The translations under genes were made by a program, and so were the position numbers. The notes beneath the pieces are model-generated. The model was not told the DNA's origin and searched no databases. It saw only the letters and a program-made list of their open reading frames with translations. From assembly GCA_963719555.1 (NCBI GenBank), contig CAVRCL010000005.1, positions 332,969-396,968 of the forward strand: 64,000 nt of DNA, in the 5' to 3' direction. The stretch is from Thermoanaerobaculia bacterium (GTDB taxonomy: Bacteria; Acidobacteriota; Thermoanaerobaculia; Multivoradales; JAGPDF01). Position 1 is the first letter of the stretch. Every line of letters begins with the position of its first letter. Of this stretch, positions 24,290 to 32,894 are shown one piece after another.

Positions 24290-25594
24290 CCTGGGCGGTG
24301 CGCGCGACCAATGTCGCCAAGCGCTATCGCCGCACGGCGCGCGGCTTCCAGCTGCGCACGTTGAAGAGCGCCCTGCTCGGGCCGCCGAGGCGAGGAGGCG
24401 CTGGCCGGCGACGAGACCATCGCCGCCGTCGAGGGCGTCTCCTTCGAGATCGCGCGCGGCGAGGCGTTTGGCATCGTCGGTGGCAACGGCTCCGGCAAGT
24501 CGACGCTGCTCAAGCTGATCGCGGGCATCCTCAAGCCGACGACCGGCAACCTCGAGACTTGCGGACGGGTGGCCGCGCTCATCGAGCTCGGGGCCGGCTT
24601 TCACCCCGAGATCTCCGGGCGCGAGAACATCTTCATCAACGGCGCCGTCCTCGGCCTCTCGAAGCGCGAGATCGCCGCCCGCTACGAACGCATCGTCGAG
24701 TTCTCCGGCCTCGAGGGCTTTCTCGAAGAGCCGGTCAAGAACTACTCCTCCGGCATGTACGTCCGCCTCGGCTTCGCCGTGGCGATCCACACCGACCCGG
24801 AGATCCTGCTCGTCGATGAGGTCCTCGCGGTCGGCGACGAGGCGTTCGCGCACCGCTGCCTGCGGCGGATCGAGGAGCTTCTGGCCGCGGGCCGGACGGT
24901 GATCTTCGTCAGCCATGCACTCGGCCTGGTGGAGGAGCTCTGTTCGCGGGTCCTCTGGCTGGATGGCGGCCGGGTGCAATTGCTCGGCGACCCGCGGCGG
25001 GTGGTCGACGGCTACCGCCAGGCTGTCGCCGAGACCGAGGGCCGCGAGCACCGCGAAGCCAAGGAGGAGCGCGAGCGCGACGACGTCGGCGCGAGCGCCG
25101 AGACGGACGCGAACGAAGCCTCCGGAGAGGTGCTGCGTTGGGGCTCGGGTGCGGCCGAGATTCTCGGTGTCCGGCTGCTCGATGCCGGCGGCGTCGAGCG
25201 CTATCACTTCGAGAGCGGCGAGGCGGTCACTTTTGAGCTCGAGGCGCAGGCCGCCCAGCCGATCGCCGACGTCGTCTTCGGTGTCGGCCTCTTTTCGCCG
25301 CGCGGCGTCGAGGTGTGGGGCACCAATACCGACATCGACGGCTTCGCGAGCGAGCGGTTCTCGGGGCGGGCAAAGGTGGCCCTCGAGTGCCCCAGCCTCC
25401 GCCTCGCCCCGGGGGAGTATCTGGTGGACGTCGCCGCCCACGCGCAGGCGGGTGCGCCCTACGACTACCGCCGGAAGCTCCTGGCCTTCTCGGTCACCAG
25501 CGCCGCCGGCGGCGCCGGGGTCTACCTGCCGGAACACCGCTGGCGCTTCGATAGCGCGGCGGGCGCATTGACCTTCAGAAAGGAAACTCCATGA
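24286..25594 (+). CDS. wzt: Polysaccharide/O-antigen export ATP-binding protein (Wzt/TagH-like) with a C-terminal carbohydrate-binding-type domain; one frameshift near 24380
   Basis: N-terminus VTWAVRATNVAKRYRR..LKSALLG is in frame 1. From about 24385 frame 2 carries GDETIAAVEGVSFEIARGEAFGIVGGNGSGKSTLLK (Walker A), YSSGMYVRLGFA (signature) and ILLVDEVLAVGD (Walker B). A Wzt_C-like beta domain follows (EILGVRLLDAGG...YLVDVAAH). Confidence 0.85.
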
Positions 25595-25881
25595 GCGAAT
25601 CCGACGCCGGAACCCAGAACCTCAACATCAAGATCGGCGACGAGGAGCTGAAGGGGCGCTACTCGAATCTGCTGCGCATCACCCACACGCGCGAAGAGTT
25701 CATCCTCGACTTCGTCAACCTCGTGCCGCCGCAAGGAATGGTCACCGCCCGCATCGTGACCAGCCCGGGGCACTTGAAACGCATCGTCCAGGCGCTGGCG
25801 CAGAACCTCGCCCGCTACGAGGAGGCGTTCGGTCCGATTCCCGAGGCAGCCGACCCGATGGGAGGCCGCAAGGTCAACTGA
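25591..25881 (+). CDS. DUF3467-like small protein
   Basis: 96 aa with GRYSNLLRITHTREEFILDFVNLVPP...ARIVTSPGHLKRIVQALAQNLARYEEAFGPI. ATGA overlap with the wzt stop. Family name is from memory of this motif pattern. Confidence 0.65.
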   Translation: MSESDAGTQNLNIKIGDEELKGRYSNLLRITHTREEFILDFVNLVPPQGMVTARIVTSPGHLKRIVQALAQNLARYEEAFGPIPEAADPMGGRKVN

Positions 25882-25933
25882 AGGCGCTTGCCGGAGGCAC
25901 CGGCGAGTGCGATAAGGTTCCGCCGCTCCCACG

Positions 25934-26658
25934 ATGTCCGCCGACCCTTCCCCCCCCCCGCGTCGCCGCCATCGGTGATCGCCGCCAGCGCCGCGCTCAC
26001 GCCGCCGCCGACCCCGGCGATTCCGAGCTCGACCGGCAACCCGATCGTGCCGCCACACCTGACGATCCTCAAGGGCGCCTGGCTCGCCATCGCGCTCGGC
26101 TTCGCCATCGAAGCCCTCATCCTCGGCTCGGTGGCGCTGGCGGGCGGCACGTTGACGGCGAAGCCGTTCACCGCCGACCTGGTCCAGAAGGTCTCCTGGT
26201 CGTTCTTCGTCTGCGTGGCGCTCGCCGTGGCGCGCACGGCGTCGAGGGCGACCGGTGTGGTGATGGGGATTGCGGGGCTGCTCGCCGCCCCGGCCGGTTT
26301 CGCGATCGCTCGCGGGCTACACAAGGGTGCCTCGCAGGCGCTCGGGCTGGTGGCCGCCGCGGCTCCGGGGCCGTCGCCACTGATGGTCGCCGGCATCAAG
26401 GGCCTGCAGTACGCGGTGCTCGGTCTGGTGATCGGCTGGATCGCCAAGAAGACCTGGGGTGGCGTCGCGGCGCATGCCGGCGTCGGACTCGCCAGCGGCC
26501 TGCTGTTCGGTGGGCCGTTGCTCGCCCTGACCTTCCAGGCGATGCCGCAACTCACCGCGGCCACGGTCGTGGCCCGGAGCGTGAACGAGCTGTTCTTTCC
26601 GGTCGGTTGCGCGCTCGTGCTCTATGCGAGTGACACGCTCGGCAAGCGCCTGGCGTGA
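25934..26658 (+). CDS. Hypothetical polytopic membrane protein with a Pro-rich N-terminus
   Basis: ATG at 25934. At least 5 hydrophobic segments (WLAIALGFAIEALILGSVALAG, WSFFVCVALAVA, VVMGIAGLLAAPAGFAIA, LQYAVLGLVIGWIA, AGVGLASGLLFGGPLLAL). Confidence 0.55.
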
Positions 26659-27554
26659 ACCTGCGACCGCTCGCGCGGTTGCAGCGCCGACCTTCGCCGG
26701 TGGACTTCGGCGACCACTCCGAGATGGTCCGAGACCCGATCGTCCAGCGTGTCGTAGGCGGAGAACTCGAGCCCCTCGGAGACCAGAATCCAGTCCAGCC
26801 GGACCAGCGGTCGCCAGGCGGGATAAGTCGCGGCGGCCGAATCCCTGCAGGGCCGTAGCTTCAGTTCGTGCAGCAGGAGGTCGAGACTGCGCCGCCGTTC
26901 ACTCCAGGCGCAGTTGAAATCGCCCATGACCACGAGGTGCCCATCGTGGCCGCGGAAGCGCTCGACGAGTTGCTCGACCTGACGCCGCCGCACGCGATCG
27001 GCGAGAAAGTCGAGGTGAATCGACACCACGTCGACAGGCTCGCCATCGAGGGCGTCCGGCGCGACAGTTGCGGTGACGAACCCCTTGGTGTCCCGCCAGT
27101 TGTCGAGGAAGGCCTGCGAGTGGGTCGCGGCGAGCGGCAGCTGCGAGAGCAGCGCCGTGCCGTAGGAGAGGTCGAGTCGGGCAAGGAGCTCGCGATTGTG
27201 CTCGCCGCGAAAGGCGTGGGGAAATCCCGCCAGACCGGCGAGCGCCGCGACATGGTCGAAGCCGCCGCTCCAGAACGACGGGCCGTCGGCCTCCTGCAGC
27301 GCGACGATCTGCGGCTGTTCGCGCTCGATCACGCCGGCGATGAGCTTCAGGTTGCGCCGGATGGTGGTGTCACGGAGCAGGCCCTGATGCTGCGCCTTGC
27401 GCCGCGCGTGGGCGATGTTGAGCGACATCAGGCGGAGCGAGTCGCCGTCTTGCACCCGGGCCGCCGGCCGCTGCGTCGCAGCCCCCTTGCGCGGCGCATG
27501 GCGTTTCCCAGCGAGGCGCCGCCGGCCCTCGCGACCGAAGATCGAGATCGTCAT
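26622..27554 (-). CDS. Endonuclease/exonuclease/phosphatase (EEP) family protein
   Basis: LRLMSLNIAHAR, IVALQEAD, VVSIHLDF, VVMGDFNC and VSDHLGVVAEV match the EEP catalytic motif series. Confidence 0.85.
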   Translation of the reverse strand: MTISIFGREGRRRLAGKRHAPRKGAATQRPAARVQDGDSLRLMSLNIAHARRKAQHQGLLRDTTIRRNLKLIAGVIEREQPQIVALQEADGPSFWSGGFDHVAALAGLAGFPHAFRGEHNRELLARLDLSYGTALLSQLPLAATHSQAFLDNWRDTKGFVTATVAPDALDGEPVDVVSIHLDFLADRVRRRQVEQLVERFRGHDGHLVVMGDFNCAWSERRRSLDLLLHELKLRPCRDSAAATYPAWRPLVRLDWILVSEGLEFSAYDTLDDRVSDHLGVVAEVHRRRSALQPRERSQVHARRLPSVSLA

Positions 27555-27610
27555 CTAGAATATGGAAACAGTCTGCAGCCCCCGCGGCATTCCCGGACAG
27601 GCATGGGGAG

Positions 27611-28072
27611 CTACTTCACGCCCAGGAGTTCGACGTCGAAGATCAGGGTGGCGTTGCCCGGAATCACCCCGCCCGCGCCGCGAGCGCCGTATCCCAACTC
27701 CGCCGGAATGCGGAGCTTGCGCTTGCCGCCCACCTTCATTCCGGCAACTCCTTCGTCCCAGCCGCGGATCACCTCGCCGGCGCCGAGATGAAAGGAAAAC
27801 CGCTTGCCGCGGTCGACGCTCGAATCGAACTTGGTGCCGTCGAGGAGCCAGCCGGTGTAATGCACGTCGACCGTCATACCGGCCTTCGCCTCGGCGCCTT
27901 CCCCGATCTGGATCTCCTGGTATTCGAGACCCGAGGCGTTCTTCTTCCACTCCGGCCCGGTGACTCCCGATTTGGTATCGCTCGGAGGGGTGGCGAAAGC
28001 GAGGCCGGCGAGCGGCAGGACGCAAAGGGCGAGGGCGGCGAGGCTGGAGAAGGTGGCGAGCGACTGACTCAT
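27611..28072 (-). CDS. FKBP-type peptidyl-prolyl cis-trans isomerase (secreted)
   Basis: Signal peptide MSQSLATFSSLAALALCVLPLAGLAFA. VHYTGWLLDGTKFDSS...GEVIRGWDEGVAGMKVGGKRKLRIPAELGYG...LIFDVELL. ATGA overlap with the hutI stop. Confidence 0.92.
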   Translation of the reverse strand: MSQSLATFSSLAALALCVLPLAGLAFATPPSDTKSGVTGPEWKKNASGLEYQEIQIGEGAEAKAGMTVDVHYTGWLLDGTKFDSSVDRGKRFSFHLGAGEVIRGWDEGVAGMKVGGKRKLRIPAELGYGARGAGGVIPGNATLIFDVELLGVK

Positions 28073-29418
28073 GAGCGGTTCCCCTGGTTGGAATGCGGTT
28101 CGTGTCGGCCGGCAGCGGCGGCGAGATTGCCGGCGCGAAAGACCTCCCGCCCCCCCTTGATCACGCTGCGGACCGGGTTGACGCCGTAATGATAGGCAAG
28201 ATGGAGGAGGTTTGGGGCGTCGAGCAGGACGACATCGGCGCGCTTGCCGGTTTCGAGCGAGCCGATCTCTGCGCCGAGCCCGAGGCTGCAGGCCGAATTG
28301 AGGGTGACGGCGGTGAGGGCCTCTTCGATCGACAGGCCGAGCTCGAAGACGGCGAGCTGCGCGATGGTCGGCAGCGATTCCGTGTACGAGGAGCCGGGAT
28401 TGCAGTCGGTGCCGAGCGCGACCGGTACCCCTGCGGCGATCAGGCGGCGCGCCGGGGCGTAGATCCGCTTGGCGAGGAAGAAGCTCGTACCCGGCAGCAG
28501 CAGCGCGGTCACGCCGGCGGCCGCCAGGGCGTCGATTCCGGCCGGCGAGACCGCCATCAGATGGTCGGCCGAGTAGGCTCCGAGCTCGGCGGCGAGAAGG
28601 GCGCCGCCGGAGTCGACGAACTCGTCGGCGTGCAGGCGGGGCAGAAGCCCGTAACGCGTTCCCGCCGCGAGCACGCGGCGCGATTCGGCCGCCGAGAAGA
28701 CGCCCTTCTCGCAGAAGACATCGCAGAAGCGGGCGAGCCCCTGCTCGGCGGCCGCCGGGACGATCTCCTCGCAGACCAGGTCGAGATAGGCGTCGCGCCG
28801 GTGGCGATATTCCTCCGGCACTTCGTGCGCGGCGAGGAGAGTCGGCACGAGCTCGACCGGCTGCGCGGCGGCGGCGGCGCGGAGGGTCGCGAGTTGCTTC
28901 AATTCGTCGCCCAGGCTGAGTCCGTAGCCGCTCTTCGCCTCGGCGGTCGTGGTGCCGCAGGAGAGCATCCAGGCGAGCCGCCCGAGGGCGAGCTCGAGAA
29001 GGGCCGGAGCTTCCGCCGCGCGCGTCGCGCGCACCGTCGAGAGGATGCCGCCGCCGCCGGCGGCGATCTCCTGATAGGTCCTCCCGGCCAGACGCTGGAC
29101 GAACTCCTCCTCCCGCGAACCGGCCCAGGGCAGGTGGGTGTGGCCGTCGACGAAGCCAGGCACCGCCGTGGCCCGGCGGCCGTCGAGACGGGCGACACCG
29201 GGGAGCTCGCCCCACAGCCGCTCGCGCTCGGCGCGGGCGCCGACGAAGACGAGGCGGCCGTCGCGGCAGAGGATCTCCATGCCGGAGGCATCGGAGCCAC
29301 CGGAGCCATCGGAGCCGGCGCGCTGGCGCAGCACCGCGCCCTGTTCGGCGCCGCGGCGGGGCGTCGTGCCGAGCGGCGTCGCGATCTCGGCGAGGTTCTC
29401 GATCAGCAGGCCGGTCAT
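28069..29418 (-). CDS. hutI: Imidazolonepropionase-type amidohydrolase
   Basis: ATG at 29418. GFVDGHTHLPWAG, AEAKSGYGL, RLHADEF, SADHL, ALGTDCNPGS. No other hut genes in the window. Confidence 0.88.
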   Translation of the reverse strand: MTGLLIENLAEIATPLGTTPRRGAEQGAVLRQRAGSDGSGGSDASGMEILCRDGRLVFVGARAERERLWGELPGVARLDGRRATAVPGFVDGHTHLPWAGSREEEFVQRLAGRTYQEIAAGGGGILSTVRATRAAEAPALLELALGRLAWMLSCGTTTAEAKSGYGLSLGDELKQLATLRAAAAAQPVELVPTLLAAHEVPEEYRHRRDAYLDLVCEEIVPAAAEQGLARFCDVFCEKGVFSAAESRRVLAAGTRYGLLPRLHADEFVDSGGALLAAELGAYSADHLMAVSPAGIDALAAAGVTALLLPGTSFFLAKRIYAPARRLIAAGVPVALGTDCNPGSSYTESLPTIAQLAVFELGLSIEEALTAVTLNSACSLGLGAEIGSLETGKRADVVLLDAPNLLHLAYHYGVNPVRSVIKGGREVFRAGNLAAAAGRHEPHSNQGNRS

Positions 29419-30110
29419 GGCACGCGCAGCAGCTCCCGTCCGGCCGCTTCGACCTCGGTCGAGATCCAGCTCTCGACCTCGGGCCAGTCGAGCGCGCGCG
29501 CCAGCTCCGGCATCGGCTCGCCGGCCGCGGCACCGGTGTCGGCGAGCCCCTTCATCGCCTGCAGGGTGAAATCTCCGACGTGTCCGAACTTCTCCTGCGC
29601 GCGCTCGAGGAGACGGGCGAGCGGCAGCTCGCGACAGAGCATGAAGAGGTCGACGAAATCGCGCTTGCTCCCGCGGCTGATGATGGCTCCGAGCTTCATC
29701 AGGCCGAGGTCGAGGGGCGAGGCAACCGCTAGCCCCTCGCCGCCGAAGGGCTCGACCAGAGGATAGGGGTAGTAGTAGAAGCGTAGCGCGAGCGCCCCCG
29801 GCAGCTCGAGGGCGAGGTAACCGTCGCGGGCGGTGTGGACCCGGGCCCCGGGGGCCATTTCCAGGAGATCCACCAGCAGGTCGCGCCGGTCCTGGGGCGT
29901 GAGCCGATTGGCGAGCGACATCAGATCGAGACCAGCCACCGTCCGGTGCCCGAGATAGAGCGCCAGCGCCGCCCCTCCGGCGAGATAGAAATCCGCGCTC
30001 CAGGCCCGCTCGCCGAGCCGCGGCAGCAGCGCGCGGCTCTCGGGGGCGAGCGCCCCGAGGAGCGAAGGGCTCAGGCGAGCGGCCAGAGCAGCTCCGCGAG
30101 GGGGTGGCAC
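29415..30110 (-). CDS. AbiEii/AbiGii-family nucleotidyltransferase-like protein (DUF1814 type)
   Basis: FYLAGGAALALYLGHRTVAGLDLMS..., YYYPYPLVEP, VASPLDLGLMKLGAIISRGSKRDFVDLFML. GTG 30110 start is inferred. The stop overlaps the hutI start (ATGA). Confidence 0.65.
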   Translation of the reverse strand: MPPPRGAALAARLSPSLLGALAPESRALLPRLGERAWSADFYLAGGAALALYLGHRTVAGLDLMSLANRLTPQDRRDLLVDLLEMAPGARVHTARDGYLALELPGALALRFYYYPYPLVEPFGGEGLAVASPLDLGLMKLGAIISRGSKRDFVDLFMLCRELPLARLLERAQEKFGHVGDFTLQAMKGLADTGAAAGEPMPELARALDWPEVESWISTEVEAAGRELLRVP

Positions 30111-30382
30111 GGTGGCTCCGCCAGAGCGAGCGCGCGGCTCCAGAAGCGGCGGTTGCGGGCCGAGAGCTTGCGGCCGCCACGCTCGCGCACGAAGGCGGCG
30201 ATCGCTTCCCGGCCGATCGTCGCCGCGAGCCAGGCGAGATCGGCGCGGTCTCCCTCTTCGAGGATCTGCGCGATCACCAGGTTGCGGTTTTCGGAACCGA
30301 TCGCCCGGCGGGGCGCGGTGGCGATCGGGGTGGTCGGCGTGATCGGAGCGAGCGGAGCGATCAGAGCGATCAGAGCGGTCAC
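30071..30382 (-). CDS. Small partner protein upstream of the AbiEii-like gene (putative antitoxin-type component)
   Basis: ...NLVIAQILEEGDRADLAWLAATIGREAIAAFVRERGGRKLSARNRRFWSRAL. Overlaps the downstream gene by about 40 nt. Start uncertain (GTG 30382 abuts the divIVA stop). Confidence 0.4.
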   Translation of the reverse strand: MTALIALIAPLAPITPTTPIATAPRRAIGSENRNLVIAQILEEGDRADLAWLAATIGREAIAAFVRERGGRKLSARNRRFWSRALALAEPPCHPLAELLWPLA

Positions 30383-30882
30383 GCCCCGGTCTTCGTGCGG
30401 CGGGCCATCGTGTGCACGGTGGCGGCGGTGCGCTCGTCCTCCATCTCGGCCTCGAGGATCTGACCGAAGAGCTCGAGCGTGCCCTTGAACTTGAGTTGCA
30501 GCTCCTTGCGCCGCATCCGCAGCTCGGCGATGCGGTTCTCGACATCGGCGGCGCGCTCCGAGGCCTGCCCGACCATCCGCTCCGCCGTCATCTCCGCCTC
30601 GCGCACCAGCAGCTGAGCCTCGCGCTGCGAGGTGTGGATCATCTCGTCGGAGACCTTCTTGCCGCGCAGGATGGCGTCGTGCAGCTGGTGCTCACGCTCT
30701 TCGGAGTTCGCGACGCGCTCGCGCAAGGAGCGATTGTCACGCTCGAGGCGCTCGATCTCTCCCAGTCGCTGGGTCAGGTCCTCGGCGACCAGGGCGAGGA
30801 AATTTTCCACCTCGACCGGGTCGTAGCCACGCATCTTGTGAGCGAAGCGGGTCTTCTGGATATCGAGCGGCTGCATCGGCAT
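30379..30882 (-). CDS. divIVA: DivIVA-domain cell-division protein
   Basis: MPMQPLDIQKTRFAHKMRGYDPVEVENFLALVAEDL followed by coiled coil. Confidence 0.88.
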   Translation of the reverse strand: MPMQPLDIQKTRFAHKMRGYDPVEVENFLALVAEDLTQRLGEIERLERDNRSLRERVANSEEREHQLHDAILRGKKVSDEMIHTSQREAQLLVREAEMTAERMVGQASERAADVENRIAELRMRRKELQLKFKGTLELFGQILEAEMEDERTAATVHTMARRTKTGA

Positions 30883-30892
30883 GAGAGCCTCC

Positions 30893-31192
30893 TCAAAGTA
30901 ATCGCGGTTGACCGCCGAGCGAGTAGACGAGTCCGTTCTTGACGAACTGGATGAGCAGGATCGCGAGCATCGGCGATAGATCCAGCCCGCCGAGCTTGTG
31001 CGGTGGCGCGAGCTTGCGCAAGGGTCTCTGAACAGGCTCGGTCAGGCGGACGAGGATCTGGACGAGCGGGTTCCGGGGATCGGGCGAGACCCAGGAGAGG
31101 AGCGCCCGGATGATCAGGATCCAGGTGTAGAGATCCATCACGCCGAAGAGCAGCTGCAGGAGACTGAAGCCGAAGCCTTGCACGAAGTTCAT
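30893..31192 (-). CDS. yggT: YggT-family membrane protein
   Basis: 99 aa with LYTWILIIRALLSWVSPDPRNPLVQILVRLTEPVQRPLR. Lies in the yggS-yggT-divIVA neighbourhood. Confidence 0.85.
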   Translation of the reverse strand: MNFVQGFGFSLLQLLFGVMDLYTWILIIRALLSWVSPDPRNPLVQILVRLTEPVQRPLRKLAPPHKLGGLDLSPMLAILLIQFVKNGLVYSLGGQPRLL

Positions 31193-31268
31193 CGATTCCG
31201 GGTCTCCGTTTCCTGGCGCCGGGGTCGACTCGCCACCGGACGGCAGAGGGTAACACGACGGCCGTTCC

Positions 31269-31973
31269 CTAGCCCGCGCGCTCGCCGAAGAGCGCGCTGC
31301 CGACGCGAATCTGGGTGGCGCCCTCCTCGATGGCGACTTCGAAATCGTCGCTCATGCCCATCGAAAGCTCGCCGGCGAAACCACGCGCCTGCCACTCGGG
31401 GCGCCGCCGCAACTCGTCGCGCAGGCCGGCGAGGCGACGAAAATGGGGCCGCGAATCCTCCGCCGAAGCGGACGGCGGCGGAATGGCCATCAGACCGCGG
31501 ATCTCGAGGTGAACGAGAGCGGCGAGGGGCGCCAGGGTCTCAGCCAGCTCGGCGGCGAGGAAGCCGTGTTTCGACGCCTCCGCGCCGAGATTCACCTCGA
31601 TGAGTCCGGCGATGCTGCGGCCCTGCCGGGCGGCCTCCTCATCGAGCTCGAAGGCGATCGCGAGACGATCGACGGCATGCACGACGCGGAAGAGCGCCAC
31701 GGCCTTGCGGACTTTGTTCGACTGCAGGGGGCCGAGCAGGTGCCACTCGATGTCGGCGGGAAGGAGGGGCGCCTTGGTGACCGCCTCCTGCACGCGATTC
31801 TCGCCGAAACAGCGCAGACCGCAGGCGTAGGCGGCGGCGAGGGCCGCGAGCGGCTGCTGCTTGCTCGCGCCGACGAGCCGGACAGAGGTACGCTCGCGGC
31901 CGGCGCGGTCGCAGGCGGACTGGATCCGGCGCTCGATCTCGGAGTAGCGGAAGGCTGGAGAGGCGACGTCCAA
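31269..31973 (-). CDS. yggS: YggS-family pyridoxal-phosphate homeostasis protein
   Basis: LVGASKQQP, FGENRVQEA, WHLLGPLQSNKV, HLEIRGLMAIPP, LSMGMSDDFEVAIEEGAT..RVGSALFG. TTG 31973 start inferred. The ORF-track start at 32051 would overlap the upstream gene. Confidence 0.85.
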   Translation of the reverse strand: MDVASPAFRYSEIERRIQSACDRAGRERTSVRLVGASKQQPLAALAAAYACGLRCFGENRVQEAVTKAPLLPADIEWHLLGPLQSNKVRKAVALFRVVHAVDRLAIAFELDEEAARQGRSIAGLIEVNLGAEASKHGFLAAELAETLAPLAALVHLEIRGLMAIPPPSASAEDSRPHFRRLAGLRDELRRRPEWQARGFAGELSMGMSDDFEVAIEEGATQIRVGSALFGERAG

Positions 31974-32005
31974 GGCGGAGCCCTCGTGCGCGACGTTCCC
32001 CTGGT

Positions 32006-32743
32006 TCAGGCCTGGTCTTCGACGCGCAGAAACCGCTTGCAGCCTTCGCACTGGACGATCGTCCCGCGCGTGCGGATCTCCACCGACACCTGCGGGCGAA
32101 TCTGGTAGTTGCAGCTCGAGCAGTGCCAGATCGCCTGCGATCCGGGACGTTCGACCTTCCGCACGACCGCCACCGTGTCACCCTTGTAGCGCTCGAAGAT
32201 CCGGCGCAGGTGGCCGAGAATCGGGCGCGGCAAGCCGACTTCGAGCGCCTCGACCTCGGTCTTGAGGGCGGCAGCGCGCTGGGCGACCACCGGCTTCTCG
32301 GCCTCCCAGTTCACCAGTTCGGCCCGGTAACGCGCGTCGAGATCGGCGAACAGGGCGCGGCGTTCCGCGAGCTCCTGGGCGATCTCCTCGGCACGCGTCA
32401 GGGCTGCGAGGGCGGCATCCTCGAGGAGCCTGGTCTGCTGCTTCACGGTGTCGATCTCGGTGAGCAGAGCGCCGTACTCGCGCTGATTCCGCACCTTGGA
32501 GACCTGTTGCTGGAAGTGCTTGAGTTTTTCCTGGGCGTCGGTGATGGCGGCCTCGGCCTGACGTCGGTCGAGCGCGGCCTGGGTCGCGTTCGCGTCGAGA
32601 GTGTCGAGCTCCGCCTTGGCGGCAGTGAACTCTTCGTGCAGCGCGCGCATGTTGTCGGGAACTCCCGCTAGAAGTGCGCTGGCCGCCGCCAAAGACTGCA
32701 TGGAGAGACTGAGTTGGACGAGTTTCGAGATCTTGTCGGTCAT
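32006..32743 (-). CDS. COG1579-type coiled-coil protein with a C-terminal zinc ribbon
   Basis: Long coiled coil, then WHCSSCNYQIRPQ...IVQCEGCKRFL (CxxC...CxxC). Confidence 0.8.
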   Translation of the reverse strand: MTDKISKLVQLSLSMQSLAAASALLAGVPDNMRALHEEFTAAKAELDTLDANATQAALDRRQAEAAITDAQEKLKHFQQQVSKVRNQREYGALLTEIDTVKQQTRLLEDAALAALTRAEEIAQELAERRALFADLDARYRAELVNWEAEKPVVAQRAAALKTEVEALEVGLPRPILGHLRRIFERYKGDTVAVVRKVERPGSQAIWHCSSCNYQIRPQVSVEIRTRGTIVQCEGCKRFLRVEDQA

Positions 32744-32754
32744 GGTTTATGCAG

Positions 32755-32827
32755 TGGGTCCACCTGGATTCGAACCAGAGACCTGCCGGTTATGAGCCGG
32801 TTGCTCTAACCGCTGAGCTATGGACCC
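32755..32827 (-). tRNA. tRNA with anticodon CAT (Met; Ile2 via lysidine not excluded)
   Basis: Reverse complement GGGTCCATAGCTCAGCGGTTAGAGCAACCGGCTCATAACCGGCAGGTCTCTGGTTCGAATCCAGGTGGACCCA folds as a cloverleaf. Acceptor GGGTCCA/TGGACCC, anticodon loop CTCATAA, T-loop TTCGAAT. CCA is not encoded. Confidence 0.9.
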
Positions 32828-32894
32828 GGGACGAACTCCGCCCGACAGGCGGCGAAGCCAGTATAGCGAAGCCCCACGATGGGGCTTTCCCGGG

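Noticed and set aside
23582-25537. 651-aa minus-strand ORF antisense to wzm/wzt, and the 542-aa plus-strand ORF 23191..24819.
   Set aside because: These are shadow or alternative-frame ORFs. The real frames carry the ABC-2 permease and the Walker A, signature and Walker B motifs.
27611-30545. Very long minus-strand ORFs (640, 703 and 376 aa) reported for the FKBP, hutI and AbiEii-like genes.
   Set aside because: Their upstream portions are Arg/Pro-rich read-through of the neighbouring gene in another frame. Internal ATG or GTG starts with ATGA overlaps give proteins of normal family length.
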